Below, piece by piece: positions 28,142 to 38,562 of a stretch of 60,229 nucleotides of DNA (position 1 is its first letter; each line of letters begins with the position of its first letter). The notes under the pieces are model-generated. The model was given only the letters and a program-made list of their open reading frames with translations. It did no database searches and had not been told where the DNA came from. This DNA comes from Clostridiales bacterium. GTDB lineage: Bacteria > Bacillota > Clostridia > Lachnospirales > Lachnospiraceae. The position numbers were made by a program, and so were the translations under genes. The stretch lies in the NCBI GenBank assembly GCA_012520635.1, contig JAAYNY010000051.1:1-60229 (forward strand), read 5' to 3'.

Positions 28142-28726
28142 ATGAAAAGTAGAAGAATTTTGCTAGCTTATTGTGTAATCCTTATGATGCTACTGTTAAT
28201 GGTGGCATGTAATAATAATGAGATTGACACTGTAAGTTCAGATGATGTAACTGGCATATTTGGCAGTTGGTCGTATATACACGATAAAGAGACAAGGATA
28301 GCCTTGTTTCGTGAAAATGGTATGGCGGAGTATAAGGGTAAGGACTATTCGTTTGAATGGGATAGTCAGTTTATTATGCTAAAGGATAAAGATGGAGAGA
28401 CAATACAGTTACGCTATGCATTTCATGATGGGGGAATGTACTTATATAGTAAAGACACATACAGTTTTTGTGGAGAGGGTGATCCGGGTGGTTTGATTGG
28501 AGAATGGTCATGCGGAGAAAAAAACTGGTCTTATACCTTTACTGATACAGGGACATTCTTAGAAGATGGTTATTTTCCAGGGTATTATACGGTAGATGAT
28601 GAGAATTCCACCGTTACCCTTGAATACATTGATCAGTTTGAAGATACAGTCTGTTATTTTCAGCTTGAAGATAACAAGCTACATATTGAATATCCGTGGA
28701 GTATGGTTAGAACAGATGCCAAATAA
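28142..28726 (+). CDS. Lipoprotein with two tandem beta-rich repeats (DUF5640/lipocalin-like)
   Basis: Lipobox MVAC; repeats IFGSWSY...F.ENG and LIGEWSC...FTDTG. Confidence 0.65.
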   Translation: MKSRRILLAYCVILMMLLLMVACNNNEIDTVSSDDVTGIFGSWSYIHDKETRIALFRENGMAEYKGKDYSFEWDSQFIMLKDKDGETIQLRYAFHDGGMYLYSKDTYSFCGEGDPGGLIGEWSCGEKNWSYTFTDTGTFLEDGYFPGYYTVDDENSTVTLEYIDQFEDTVCYFQLEDNKLHIEYPWSMVRTDAK

Positions 28727-28841
28727 TGGTATGAAAATGTAATATGGGCTTAACGGACCTAGGGCAATAAAATGATTGCTATAGTATTCATTATGTCATA
28801 TTACATTAACATAAATAATAATTATTTTAAGGAGGAGAACA

Positions 28842-30116
28842 ATGAAAAAAGTAATTGCCTTACTGCTTGCAATGGTGATGATGATGTCTCTCGTTGCATG
28901 CGGTAAATCTAGTTCTGACGAGACTTCTAAAGACGGAAGTAGCGAGACTATCGACCTTACAATGTGGTGTATAGCTACAGAAAGTGATTCAAATCGCCAT
29001 GCATATGAAGCTTCCATAGCAGATTTTAAGGCGGCTCATCCAGAAATCAACTTAACTTGGGAAGCTACTCAGAATCAGGAATACAAGACAAAGATTAAAG
29101 CTGCTGTAGCAGCAAATGAAATGCCTGACATATTCTTCACATGGAGTTGTGCTTTCCTTGGGGAGTTTGTTGATGCAGGTCGTGTTTATTGTGTAGATGA
29201 TGTCTATGCTCAGTATGCATCTGAACTGCCTGAAGTAATGATGGGTAACGTTAAGTTTGATGGCAAATATTATGGGGTACCAACAACTTTGAATATTGTT
29301 GGTATGTTCTCTAACATGGAGCTTCTCAAGGAAGTTGGCTATGATGAAGTTCCTGCTACATACGAAGAACTAATTGAATGTTGTGATGCCCTTGTTGCAC
29401 AAGGAATTATTCCTTTTGGTTGCTCTGGTAAAGAGACCTGGTGTGTTACTGAGTATCTTGAGTCAATTATAGAAAAGACTGCAGGTGCTTCAGTACTTAA
29501 TGATATTTTTGCAGGCAATGCTTCATGGGATAACGATGATGTAGCCAAAGCAGTTGGTATCTTCCAGGAGATGATTGATAAGAATTACTTCGATCCAGAA
29601 GGTATTGCTCTTTCTAATGACGAGGTTAAGGCTAACTTTATAGCAGGAAAATATGCATTCTATATGAATGGTACATGGAACTGTGCGGACTTTGATAAGG
29701 CTGGACTATCTGATAAGATCCAGGTTGCTGAGTTCCCAGTTATTGATTCTTCAAAATCTAAGTTGGGAGAATTGATTGGTGGACCATCAGATACACTTGC
29801 TGTTGCTGCTAGTTCTAAGAATGCTAAGGTTGCTGCAGAGAGTGCATTTGAAATTGCTAAGGGAATTTGTCGCTATGGTTACCTTGATGGTAATGGACTT
29901 CCAGCATGGACACCTGATTATGATTATTCGTCCATTAACTCTTTAACACAGTCCGTAGCAGATATTGTAGCTAATTCAAGTCAGATGGTTCTATTTGGTG
30001 ATACGGCAATGGCTGCTGATAACGCTAATATTTATCTTGACTATGTTAGTCAGATTTATTCTTCTGTTATTAATGGTCAGGAGTTTGTTGACGGTCTTAC
30101 TAAGGATATCAAATAA
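28842..30116 (+). CDS. Sugar ABC solute-binding lipoprotein
   Basis: Lipobox LVAC; YKTKIKAAVAANEMPDIF, YYGVP, FYMNGTW. Confidence 0.93.
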   Translation: MKKVIALLLAMVMMMSLVACGKSSSDETSKDGSSETIDLTMWCIATESDSNRHAYEASIADFKAAHPEINLTWEATQNQEYKTKIKAAVAANEMPDIFFTWSCAFLGEFVDAGRVYCVDDVYAQYASELPEVMMGNVKFDGKYYGVPTTLNIVGMFSNMELLKEVGYDEVPATYEELIECCDALVAQGIIPFGCSGKETWCVTEYLESIIEKTAGASVLNDIFAGNASWDNDDVAKAVGIFQEMIDKNYFDPEGIALSNDEVKANFIAGKYAFYMNGTWNCADFDKAGLSDKIQVAEFPVIDSSKSKLGELIGGPSDTLAVAASSKNAKVAAESAFEIAKGICRYGYLDGNGLPAWTPDYDYSSINSLTQSVADIVANSSQMVLFGDTAMAADNANIYLDYVSQIYSSVINGQEFVDGLTKDIK

Positions 30117-30187
30117 TTACGATCTACATGATTATTAAAAAATACGAATGAGAGCCGTTAAGTCATTAGGTTCTGTTTCGATTAAAG

Positions 30188-30236
30188 AAGCGGTTCCCCG
30201 ACGATTGTCTAGACTAAAGTCATCTGGGAACCGCTT
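30188..30236 (+). terminator. Stem-loop between binding protein and permeases
   Basis: AAGCGGTTCCC...GGGAACCGCTT followed by ATTTT. Confidence 0.65.
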
Positions 30237-30256
30237 ATTTTATAGAAGGGATTAAG

Positions 30257-31138
30257 ATGAAAAAACTATATAGTAATAAACTAACAATTATTCTGTTTAT
30301 CCTCCCTGCCTTGCTTCTTTTTGCCCTTATACTTTTTGCACCTATATTTGTATCAGGTTATTACAGCCTTTTTGATTGGAATGGCTTTGGTAAAATGAAT
30401 TTCATTGGAATAGAAAACTATAAAGAGTTATTTACTAGTAACTCAATAGGCTTTTTAAAGGCTCTGGGCAATGCCTTGCTTTTGGCACTGCTTTCTGTAG
30501 GGGTTCAGTTGCCTCTTGCACTGGGTCTCGCTCTTCTTCTTGGCAAGGGAAGAAAAGGTGAAAGGGCTTTCCTTTCAATATATTTTGTTCCAGTTCTAAT
30601 TTCGACTGTTGTTATCGGTCAGCTCTGGCTTAAGATTTATAATTCATCCTATGGCATACTTAATGCCTTCCTAAGATCCATTGGTTTGGATAATCTGACA
30701 AGGATTTGGTTGGATAGAGATACTGCACTGGGTGCCACCTTTGTACCTATTTTATGGCAGTATGTCGGTTATCATATGCTACTAATGTATGCAGGTATCA
30801 AAAGTGTCCCTGTGCAGTATCGTGAGGCTGCTATGATTGATGGAGCAAAAGAGGGACAGATAAACCGTTATATTATTCTACCCTGCATAAAGCCTATACT
30901 GAAGATAAGTACTATATTCGCTGTTACAGGCTCCCTTAAATCCTTTGATTTGATTTATGTATTGACAAATGGCGGCCCATTACACGCAACGGAGGTACCC
31001 AGTACACTTATGATTAGTATGCTTTTCCTCCGTAATAGATATGGTATGGGTAGTACGATTGCTTTCCTTCTCATCATTTTGTGCTTTGCCTTTGCCTTGA
31101 TTATTGGTCGTATGTTTAAGGATAAGGAGGAGGATTAA
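30257..31138 (+). CDS. Carbohydrate ABC permease
   Basis: YREAAMIDGA, FDLIYVLTNGGP. Confidence 0.93.
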   Translation: MKKLYSNKLTIILFILPALLLFALILFAPIFVSGYYSLFDWNGFGKMNFIGIENYKELFTSNSIGFLKALGNALLLALLSVGVQLPLALGLALLLGKGRKGERAFLSIYFVPVLISTVVIGQLWLKIYNSSYGILNAFLRSIGLDNLTRIWLDRDTALGATFVPILWQYVGYHMLLMYAGIKSVPVQYREAAMIDGAKEGQINRYIILPCIKPILKISTIFAVTGSLKSFDLIYVLTNGGPLHATEVPSTLMISMLFLRNRYGMGSTIAFLLIILCFAFALIIGRMFKDKEED

Positions 31139-32020
31139 ATGGTGAAACTCAATGATATATTTGTGAATCGCAATAAGAAATCTGGAAACCTGGTTAAGTC
31201 CAAGGGCAAAGAGGTGTGGGTATACATATTATTTGGTATATGGGCTCTTATAAATCTCTTCCCCATCTACTGGATGTTCACCTTCTCCCTTAAAAGCAAC
31301 GGGGAAATATTTGGAGAAAATGTTGCTGGCCTTCCAAGGGAATGGCTGTGGTCAAATTATAAAAGGGCAATGGCCGTGGGGAATATAGGGAGATATTTTG
31401 CAAACAGTGTCTTTATTGCCATTGTAACCATTGTTATAGTTATGCTTGTTTCACTTATGGCCACCTTTGCTCTTACAAGATTTATTTGGAAGGGAAGGAA
31501 GCAAATGAACAAGTTTTTTATGCTTGGTTTGACGATCCCTATTCATGCCTCAATCGTGCCTATCTATGTCATTCTTTCAAAGCTGAGTTTGCTTAATACT
31601 TACTCTGCTCTTATTATTCCCTACTCTGCCTTTTCATTGGCCATGGGAATACTGGTTTGTACAGGTTTTATGCAAGATTTGCCTATGGAACTTGATGAAG
31701 CGGCCTGTATTGATGGTTGCGGTGCATGGGGGATTTTCTTCAGAATAATAGTACCCTTGATGAAGCCAGCTGTGGCAACAGTGTCAATTTACACCTTCCT
31801 ACAATGTTGGAATGAGCTGATGTTTTCGACTATATTTATTAGTGATTCTACACACAAAACACTGCCTGTGGGCGTACAGGCACTTTCTGGACAGTATATG
31901 ACGGAATGGGGACCTATTGGTGCAGCTCTAGTTATTGCAACCTTCCCCACTCTTATATTTTACGCTTTCTTTAGTAAAAGGATACAAGAGAGCTTCATTA
32001 CAGGGGCAATCAAGGGTTAG
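31139..32020 (+). CDS. Carbohydrate ABC permease
   Basis: LPMELDEAACIDG; ends GAIKG. Confidence 0.93.
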   Translation: MVKLNDIFVNRNKKSGNLVKSKGKEVWVYILFGIWALINLFPIYWMFTFSLKSNGEIFGENVAGLPREWLWSNYKRAMAVGNIGRYFANSVFIAIVTIVIVMLVSLMATFALTRFIWKGRKQMNKFFMLGLTIPIHASIVPIYVILSKLSLLNTYSALIIPYSAFSLAMGILVCTGFMQDLPMELDEAACIDGCGAWGIFFRIIVPLMKPAVATVSIYTFLQCWNELMFSTIFISDSTHKTLPVGVQALSGQYMTEWGPIGAALVIATFPTLIFYAFFSKRIQESFITGAIKG

Positions 32021-32244
32021 TAATAAGCTAATATTTTATTCTAGATGGGTTTCTGACTTTGTTTAAGTAGTTTTATATAACATAGTTAGAGACCCTTTGT
32101 ACTTTGTGAAGTATTCTGTCTGTTCCATATAATTTTTAATGTATTCATAATAAGAGCTTGTCATAATGTGGTAATATATGGTAAGTTTATATAGGAAACA
32201 GGTAAAATAAGTATTTTAACAAAAGATGTGATTGGGGTATAGAA

Positions 32245-33993
32245 ATGCAGGGTAGGGGATTAAATCGTGATATTAAGATGTCATTGCAACAAACGACTCT
32301 CTTATTGCTTATAATTTTATTGTTGTTTTTTTGTATGACCTTTATGATAACAACCTCTATGATAAGTAATAGAACTGAAGATGATTTTCAAATTAGAACA
32401 TCGGAAACAGCCACCAACAATGTGGTATCTGCAGTGGAAGCAAGTTTGGTAAATTACAATTATTTATCCCGTCTGATTATGATTAATGATAGAGTTGTAA
32501 GCTATCTAAAAGCTGAGGAAATAGATAAAGATAGGGAGTATGAGGCTCGAAGTGGTATATATGAAATACAAAGTCTGTATAGTAATATTGATTCGGTATA
32601 TATCTTTCGAAACGATGGCGAGTATGTTAGTACAGGACGGGGTGAATATTTTATATCTCTAAACAGGTCGGAGTATAATAATATCTTGGATGCATGTGGT
32701 GCCACGGTTATTTCAATTAATGGTAATGGATCAATTAGAAAAAGTAATGATAAACCCTTGCTGACTATATCTCGTGCAATATACGATATTAATTCAATAA
32801 ATCTAATTGGTATACTTGTTATGAACATATCAAATGATGTGTTTAATGATACATTTACCCTTCAGAATACCAGTGGTATGTGTATACTTGATAATAATGG
32901 TACATTTCTATGTGGAAATGAAGAAATTGCTTCATTGTATGATAGTGACTACAATAGCGATAATATTGTTTATAAGAGTATTAGAATCCACGGGGAGAGG
33001 AAGATACTGATTGGCAGATTGGCGGTTAAGCCATTGGTGGTTTTGTGTGTAAGTGGTCAGGGGCTTGAGGCTCCTCCGCGGGATACAATATACCCACTAA
33101 TCTTGCCTTTGACAGCATTTATTCTGTCCGGCATTATTTGTGCTTGGTATATTACAGTTAATATTACCAGGCCCATCAGAAATCTAAGTGAAGCAATGGA
33201 AGGTACTAGGTCATCGGGATGGCTTGAGAAGATTGATGCAAAAATGCCAAACAATGAAATTGGAAGGTTGGCACAAAGCTACGATAGCTTGATAGAATAT
33301 CTTAATGAGTTGTTTAACTGCCTGATAGAGGATGAAAAGAATGTTCGAAAGGCAGAGATGCGTGTGCTACACGAGCAGATAAAACCACACTTTCTGTATA
33401 ACACATTAGAAACTATCAGTTATATGGCGGTAGAGGAGAATGCAATGAAAGTGTATGATGCACTGGAGACACTGGGAAGTTTTTATCGCAAGTTTCTTAG
33501 TAAAGGAGAACGGGAAATCTCCCTAAAACGTGAGCTAGAAATAACCCAAGATTATCTCTCCTTGCAAAAACTACGGTACAAAGATATATTTGAGGATCAA
33601 TATATAATTGATGATGCTAGCCTGGGTTATATGGTACCTAAGCTACTTCTCCAACCACTTGTGGAAAACTGTATATACCATGGAGTTCGTCCTAAGGGAG
33701 AAAAATGTATTATTCGTATCGCTACTCGCATGGAAGAGGATGGTATACACATAATGGTATATGATTCTGGAGTTGGCATGAGTAGGGAGCAAATTAAGAA
33801 GGTGCTAGAGGAAAGTGTAGAAGATGATAAAAAGATACTGTCCGGGTTCGGTCTGTGTGGTACTATCAGTCGGATACGCTATTACTGTAACTGTGATAAA
33901 GTAGTAGAGATAGACAGTGAGCCTGGTGAATATACAGAAGTTAAGATATTCATACCCAAGATGAGAAAGACCAAAGTGAAGGGGGAAGAATAA
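32245..33993 (+). CDS. YesM-like sensor histidine kinase
   Basis: Two TM helices, HAMP, QIKPHFLYNTL, LLQPLVENCIYHG, DSGVG. Confidence 0.92.
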   Translation: MQGRGLNRDIKMSLQQTTLLLLIILLLFFCMTFMITTSMISNRTEDDFQIRTSETATNNVVSAVEASLVNYNYLSRLIMINDRVVSYLKAEEIDKDREYEARSGIYEIQSLYSNIDSVYIFRNDGEYVSTGRGEYFISLNRSEYNNILDACGATVISINGNGSIRKSNDKPLLTISRAIYDINSINLIGILVMNISNDVFNDTFTLQNTSGMCILDNNGTFLCGNEEIASLYDSDYNSDNIVYKSIRIHGERKILIGRLAVKPLVVLCVSGQGLEAPPRDTIYPLILPLTAFILSGIICAWYITVNITRPIRNLSEAMEGTRSSGWLEKIDAKMPNNEIGRLAQSYDSLIEYLNELFNCLIEDEKNVRKAEMRVLHEQIKPHFLYNTLETISYMAVEENAMKVYDALETLGSFYRKFLSKGEREISLKRELEITQDYLSLQKLRYKDIFEDQYIIDDASLGYMVPKLLLQPLVENCIYHGVRPKGEKCIIRIATRMEEDGIHIMVYDSGVGMSREQIKKVLEESVEDDKKILSGFGLCGTISRIRYYCNCDKVVEIDSEPGEYTEVKIFIPKMRKTKVKGEE

Positions 33994-34730
33994 TGTATCG
34001 GGTAATGATTATTGACGATGAAATATCTGCTCGTAAGTTGTTGCAGACATCCATAGATTGGAGATCTCTTAATATGGAGTTGGTTGGTGAAGCGGCCAGT
34101 GGTATAGAAGCTATTAATATCATTGATGAGCTACAGCCAGACATTGTTTTTGTTGATATATCTATGCCCTTTATGAATGGAATAGAATTCGTAGAGGTTG
34201 CATCTAAGCGGTATAAAGATTTAGTTATTATTATTCTTACAGGATTTGATGATTTTTAGTATGCCCGTAGATGTGTTAGTCTGCCAGTGGTAGAGTATTT
34301 GCTTAAACCCATTGTTAGACAAGAGCTGACAGAGGTATTAACACAAATAAAGGAGAAATTGGATAAGCATAATATATATGAGCAGGAGACAGGAAGGGAT
34401 ATTACTCCGTCCGCCATTGAAAAAATAATGAGGTATTTAAGTGATAACTTTACAGATTCCAACATAAACCTAGCCTCAGTGGCACAGTATTTTGGGTTTA
34501 ATTCCAGCTATCTTAGTCGTAAATTTAAGCAAGATACAGGAATGAGTTTTATAGAGTTTCTTAACAAATGCCGGATGGAGCGGGCAACTGAGCTAGCCAG
34601 AGCAGGTAAGAAGATGTTCTATACCGCCAAGGAAGTTGGAATTCCGGATCCTAATTACTTTGGACGTTGCTTTAAAAAATATTTTGGTATTAGCTATTCG
34701 GAATATGTCAGCTCTCATAAATTATCCTAA
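33993..34730 (+). pseudogene. YesN-like response regulator (receiver + AraC) interrupted by in-frame TAG at 34257-34259
   Basis: ORFs 33993-34259 and 34287-34730 share one frame: LTGFDDF*YARRCVSLPVVEYLLKP; the usual residue is E (GAG). Confidence 0.8.
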
Positions 34731-34800
34731 ACTAAAGAATTGCATATGGAATTATTAAATAATATTTTCCCATTATATGTATTACATTATCATTTTATTT

Positions 34801-34808
34801 CATATAAT
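34801..34808 (+). promoter_or_regulatory. Mother-cell sigE/sigK-like -10 element
   Basis: CATATAAT 34 nt before ATG; same motif and spacing before the paralogue at 36167-36174. Confidence 0.45.
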
Positions 34809-34834
34809 TTAGCAAAAGCTTAAAGAGGCAAGAT

Positions 34835-36139
34835 ATGATTATTCATGTAGTAAGGCCAGGGGAAACCATTGATTCTATTGCAGAGGACTATGGTATATCT
34901 GCAAAAAGGCTGGCTATAGAGAACGGGATTAGTAGCCCTGTAAATTTGGCTGTTGGGGAAAGTATAGTTATCTTGATACCAGAAATAACATATATTGTTC
35001 AGGATGGTGACACCTTAAGTAGCATAGCAAGAAGCTTTAATATATCCATAATGGAACTTTTAAGAAATAATCCTTATTTGTCAGAAAGTCAGTACATATA
35101 TCCAGGTGAGGAACTTGTTATCAAATATAGTGGTGATAAAATTGAGCTAATATCTACAAATGGCTATGTATATCCTTTTGTAGATCATAATGTACTTAAA
35201 AAGACATTGCCTTTTTTAACTTATTTATCAATATATGCCCACTACTATACAGATAATGGTGAGGTTCTTAGTGTTAATGATGAGGAGCTTATTGGTATTG
35301 CCAGAGATTACGGTGTAGCTCCAATAATGATATTAGTGGGATTGGCTACTAGTTCAGCTGAGGAGATTGAAATTATCAACAATTTATTAAGAGATCAAGA
35401 ATTGCAGGATAAATTTATTAATAACCTAATTAGTGTATTAGAAGGCAAGGATTATTATGGAGTTAATTTTACAACTCCTTATATATTGCCTGATGATCGT
35501 CATTTGTATGTGGAGTTTATAAGAAAGTTATCAACTAGACTTAAAGATTCAGGGTATAGAGTATTCCTCACCTTGACCCTTAGTTCATTTGATTTGTTAA
35601 CCAATGTGAATTATGGTGATTTACAATATGATATCTTAGGGGAACTTGTGGATAATGTGTCCATAATTACATATGAATGGGGATTTTTATATGGATTACC
35701 TCCTTCTATTGTCTCTTTTGCTACCTTACATAATATAATAATGTATGTTTTAGGTTTGATAGATCCTGACAAGATATTATTTGGATATTCCACTATTGGC
35801 TACGTATGGCAACTTCCGTACATAGATGGTATCACAGTAGCTCAAGCAATCTCTTTTAATTCTGCAACCGACCTAGCTAGGGAATTCAGGGCGGAAATAT
35901 TCTATGATGATATAACAAAGGCTTCGTATTTTCAATATTATTCTGATGTTGAATATGTTGTTAGATTTAGGGATGCAAGAGGAATAGATGACATATTAGA
36001 TTTGGTTCCAACCTACGGTGTAGACGGTGTATCCATATGGAATGTCATGTATTTCTTTGATCAAATGTGGTTGGTAATTAACTCTAAATATGAGATAAAG
36101 AAGGTAATACCATTAAGTTCTCTAGATTGTAAAGAATAA
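34835..36139 (+). CDS. 2xLysM + GH18-like spore protein (SleL/YaaH/YdhD family), degenerate active site
   Basis: IHVVRPGETI..IA and YIVQDGDTL..IA LysM; LPFLTYLSI; YYGVNFTTPY in place of DxDxE. Confidence 0.85.
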   Translation: MIIHVVRPGETIDSIAEDYGISAKRLAIENGISSPVNLAVGESIVILIPEITYIVQDGDTLSSIARSFNISIMELLRNNPYLSESQYIYPGEELVIKYSGDKIELISTNGYVYPFVDHNVLKKTLPFLTYLSIYAHYYTDNGEVLSVNDEELIGIARDYGVAPIMILVGLATSSAEEIEIINNLLRDQELQDKFINNLISVLEGKDYYGVNFTTPYILPDDRHLYVEFIRKLSTRLKDSGYRVFLTLTLSSFDLLTNVNYGDLQYDILGELVDNVSIITYEWGFLYGLPPSIVSFATLHNIIMYVLGLIDPDKILFGYSTIGYVWQLPYIDGITVAQAISFNSATDLAREFRAEIFYDDITKASYFQYYSDVEYVVRFRDARGIDDILDLVPTYGVDGVSIWNVMYFFDQMWLVINSKYEIKKVIPLSSLDCKE

Positions 36140-36200
36140 TTATATAATAATATTATAAACATCTTTCATATAATAAATTAAAGCCATGAAGAGGTGAAAT

Positions 36201-37490
36201 ATGATAATTCATATTGTTGGTCAAGGGGAGACTATATATTCAATTGCAAGTGAATATGGTAAGTCAGCGGATAGATTAGCACTAGAGAATGGTATTACTA
36301 CTGCGGATAATTTGGCAATTGGTGAAGCCATGGTGATTCTATATCCTAAGATAGAATATACAGTTCAAGTTGGTGATACATTAGGAAGCATAGCAAGGAA
36401 ATATAATACAACAATAATGGAAATACTCAGAAATAATCCATATCTATCAGATAGGGAGTACATATATCCAGGAGAGCTTATTGTTATTGAATACGAGGGG
36501 CAAAAAATCAGAGCAATGTCCGTTACTGGTTATGTATATCCATTTGTTAATTTGAAAGTCCTTAGAAAAACACTTCCATTCTTAACCTATCTTTCTGTAT
36601 ATAGTCATTACTATAATGAAAAGGGAGAAATTCTTCATGTGGATGATTCTAAGCTGATTCAAAAGGCCATTAGGTATGGTGTGGCTCCTATTATGGTTCT
36701 AAATGAGATGTCAGCTAGCCCAGAAGAAGTGAGGGGGATAACTCATACTATATTAAATAACCAAGCTCTACAAAATGATTTGATTAATAATCTGATTAAT
36801 ACATTAGATAGAAGTGGATATTATGGAGTTGATTTTATATCTCCTTATATTTTACCGGCAGATCGTCCCCTATATGTGGAATTTATAGAAAGGCTTTCTA
36901 GTCGCTTACATCTAGAAGGATATAAAGTTTTTTTGTCTATGACAATATGTATTTTTGAAATGGTAGCTAATATTGTATATGAGGACTTGCAGTTGGAGAG
37001 ACTAGGACAATGTGTTGATAAGGTTATGTTTATATCTTATGAAGGTGGATATGCATTTGGAATTTCTCAGGGACTTATAGCTTATGATACATCCAATAAT
37101 AGACTGAATTATGTAACTGGTAAGATAAATCCTGAAAAGACAATGTTTGGGATTTCAACTATAGGCTACGATTGGAAGCTTCCTTATATAGGAGGCGTTT
37201 CAAAAGGGCAAGCCATCAGCTATAATTCTGCTATTGAACTTGCAAGGGAGTTTAATGCAGAAATTAAATTTGATGATGTAACAAAGTTTTCCTACTTTCA
37301 ATATGCCACCAATTATGATTATGTTGTAAGGTTCAAAGATGCTAGAGGAATAGATGCATTTGTAGGACTGGTTCCTATACATGGTATTAATGGTGTAGGC
37401 TTATGGAATATCATGTATTTTATGGCCCCCATGTGGTTGGTGATAAATTCACAATATGAAATTGAGAAGGTTCTCCCAATAAGGATATAA
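36201..37490 (+). CDS. 2xLysM + GH18-like spore protein, tandem paralogue, degenerate active site
   Basis: Same architecture; YYGVDFISPY in place of DxDxE. Confidence 0.85.
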   Translation: MIIHIVGQGETIYSIASEYGKSADRLALENGITTADNLAIGEAMVILYPKIEYTVQVGDTLGSIARKYNTTIMEILRNNPYLSDREYIYPGELIVIEYEGQKIRAMSVTGYVYPFVNLKVLRKTLPFLTYLSVYSHYYNEKGEILHVDDSKLIQKAIRYGVAPIMVLNEMSASPEEVRGITHTILNNQALQNDLINNLINTLDRSGYYGVDFISPYILPADRPLYVEFIERLSSRLHLEGYKVFLSMTICIFEMVANIVYEDLQLERLGQCVDKVMFISYEGGYAFGISQGLIAYDTSNNRLNYVTGKINPEKTMFGISTIGYDWKLPYIGGVSKGQAISYNSAIELAREFNAEIKFDDVTKFSYFQYATNYDYVVRFKDARGIDAFVGLVPIHGINGVGLWNIMYFMAPMWLVINSQYEIEKVLPIRI

Positions 37491-37528
37491 TATAAAGCAT
37501 TGATTCTCCTTTAAAATTATTATTTAAA

Positions 37529-37570
37529 TGTGATAACATCACAGAAGTATTTGGCGTATGGTGATATAGT
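37529..37570 (+). promoter_or_regulatory. Crp/Fnr-type box and extended -10 upstream of trxA
   Basis: TGTGAT-AAC-ATCACA (37529-37543) centred about 41 nt before the inferred start; TG-A-TATAGT at 37562-37570. Confidence 0.65.
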
Positions 37571-37609
37571 GGGCTTACATTTAATTAATAATAATAAGGA
37601 GGAATAAAT

Positions 37610-37921
37610 ATGGCATCAATTAAAATAACAAAAAATAATTTTGATAAAGAAGTATTACAATCTAAGGAACCGGTATTATTAGATTTTTGGGCATCTTGGT
37701 GTGGCCCTTGTCGAATGGTATCCCCTACAATAGAGGAAATAGCAAAGGAAAATAAAGATATTAAGGTTGGAAAGATTAATGTGGATGAAGAAAGTGAATT
37801 AGCTGCTAAGTACAGTGTTATGAGTATTCCCACATTAATGGTTTTGAAGGATGGAAAGGTATCTGCACAAACTGTAGGTGTTCGCCCTAAGAATGATATT
37901 TTAAAAATGTTACAGGTCTAA
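37610..37921 (+). CDS. trxA: Thioredoxin
   Basis: DFWASWCGPCRM, SIPTL. Confidence 0.95.
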   Translation: MASIKITKNNFDKEVLQSKEPVLLDFWASWCGPCRMVSPTIEEIAKENKDIKVGKINVDEESELAAKYSVMSIPTLMVLKDGKVSAQTVGVRPKNDILKMLQV

Positions 37922-38026
37922 ACATACAAAATAATAAGTGTCAGCTGGTATATTTAGGGTTTGTATGTTATACTAAATAGGTAAAATTGTAGATAAAATA
38001 TTGTTTTCCCGAAAGGAGAGAAGGCT

Positions 38027-38416
38027 TTGCACAAAGAACCAAAGTTTTTTAGATGTAAACATTGCGGTAATATTGTAGAGAAGCTTTATGATTCAGGAGT
38101 ATCTGTTGTATGTTGTAACGAGGATATGGAAGAGTTAGTTGCAAATACAGTAGATGCAGCACAAGAAAAACATGTTCCTAGTGTATCCATAGTTGATAAT
38201 ATGGTTCAAGTACAAGTAGGAGATGTAATTCATCCTATGGAAGAAAAACACTATATTATGTGGATTTATCTTCACACTAAGAATGGCGGTCAGAGAGTAG
38301 ACTTATTACCTGGAGAGGAACCTAAGGCAGTGTTTGCACTAGGTGATGATGAAGTTATAGCCGTATACGAATATTGTAATCTACATGGCTTATGGAAAAA
38401 AGAAATATCTAAATAA
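38027..38416 (+). CDS. Desulfoferrodoxin / 2Fe superoxide reductase
   Basis: CKHC...CC, EKHVP, HPM..KHYI, CNLHG; TTG start after AAAGGAG. Confidence 0.93.
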   Translation: MHKEPKFFRCKHCGNIVEKLYDSGVSVVCCNEDMEELVANTVDAAQEKHVPSVSIVDNMVQVQVGDVIHPMEEKHYIMWIYLHTKNGGQRVDLLPGEEPKAVFALGDDEVIAVYEYCNLHGLWKKEISK

Positions 38417-38438
38417 ACTGATTACACACTAAGAAATC

Positions 38439-38480
38439 AAAACACATGCTAGGAAAAGTAATTCCTGCATGTGTTTTTTT
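38439..38480 (+). terminator. Rho-independent terminator
   Basis: AAAACACATGC.AGGAA...TTCCTGCATGTGTTTTTTT. Confidence 0.75.
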
Positions 38481-38562
38481 ATGTGGATTTTATTGGGTTG
38501 GTAACGTATAATGATAGAGAAGTCCAAAATTTGCAAGTTAAAATGAAAGGCATGATTGTTTA

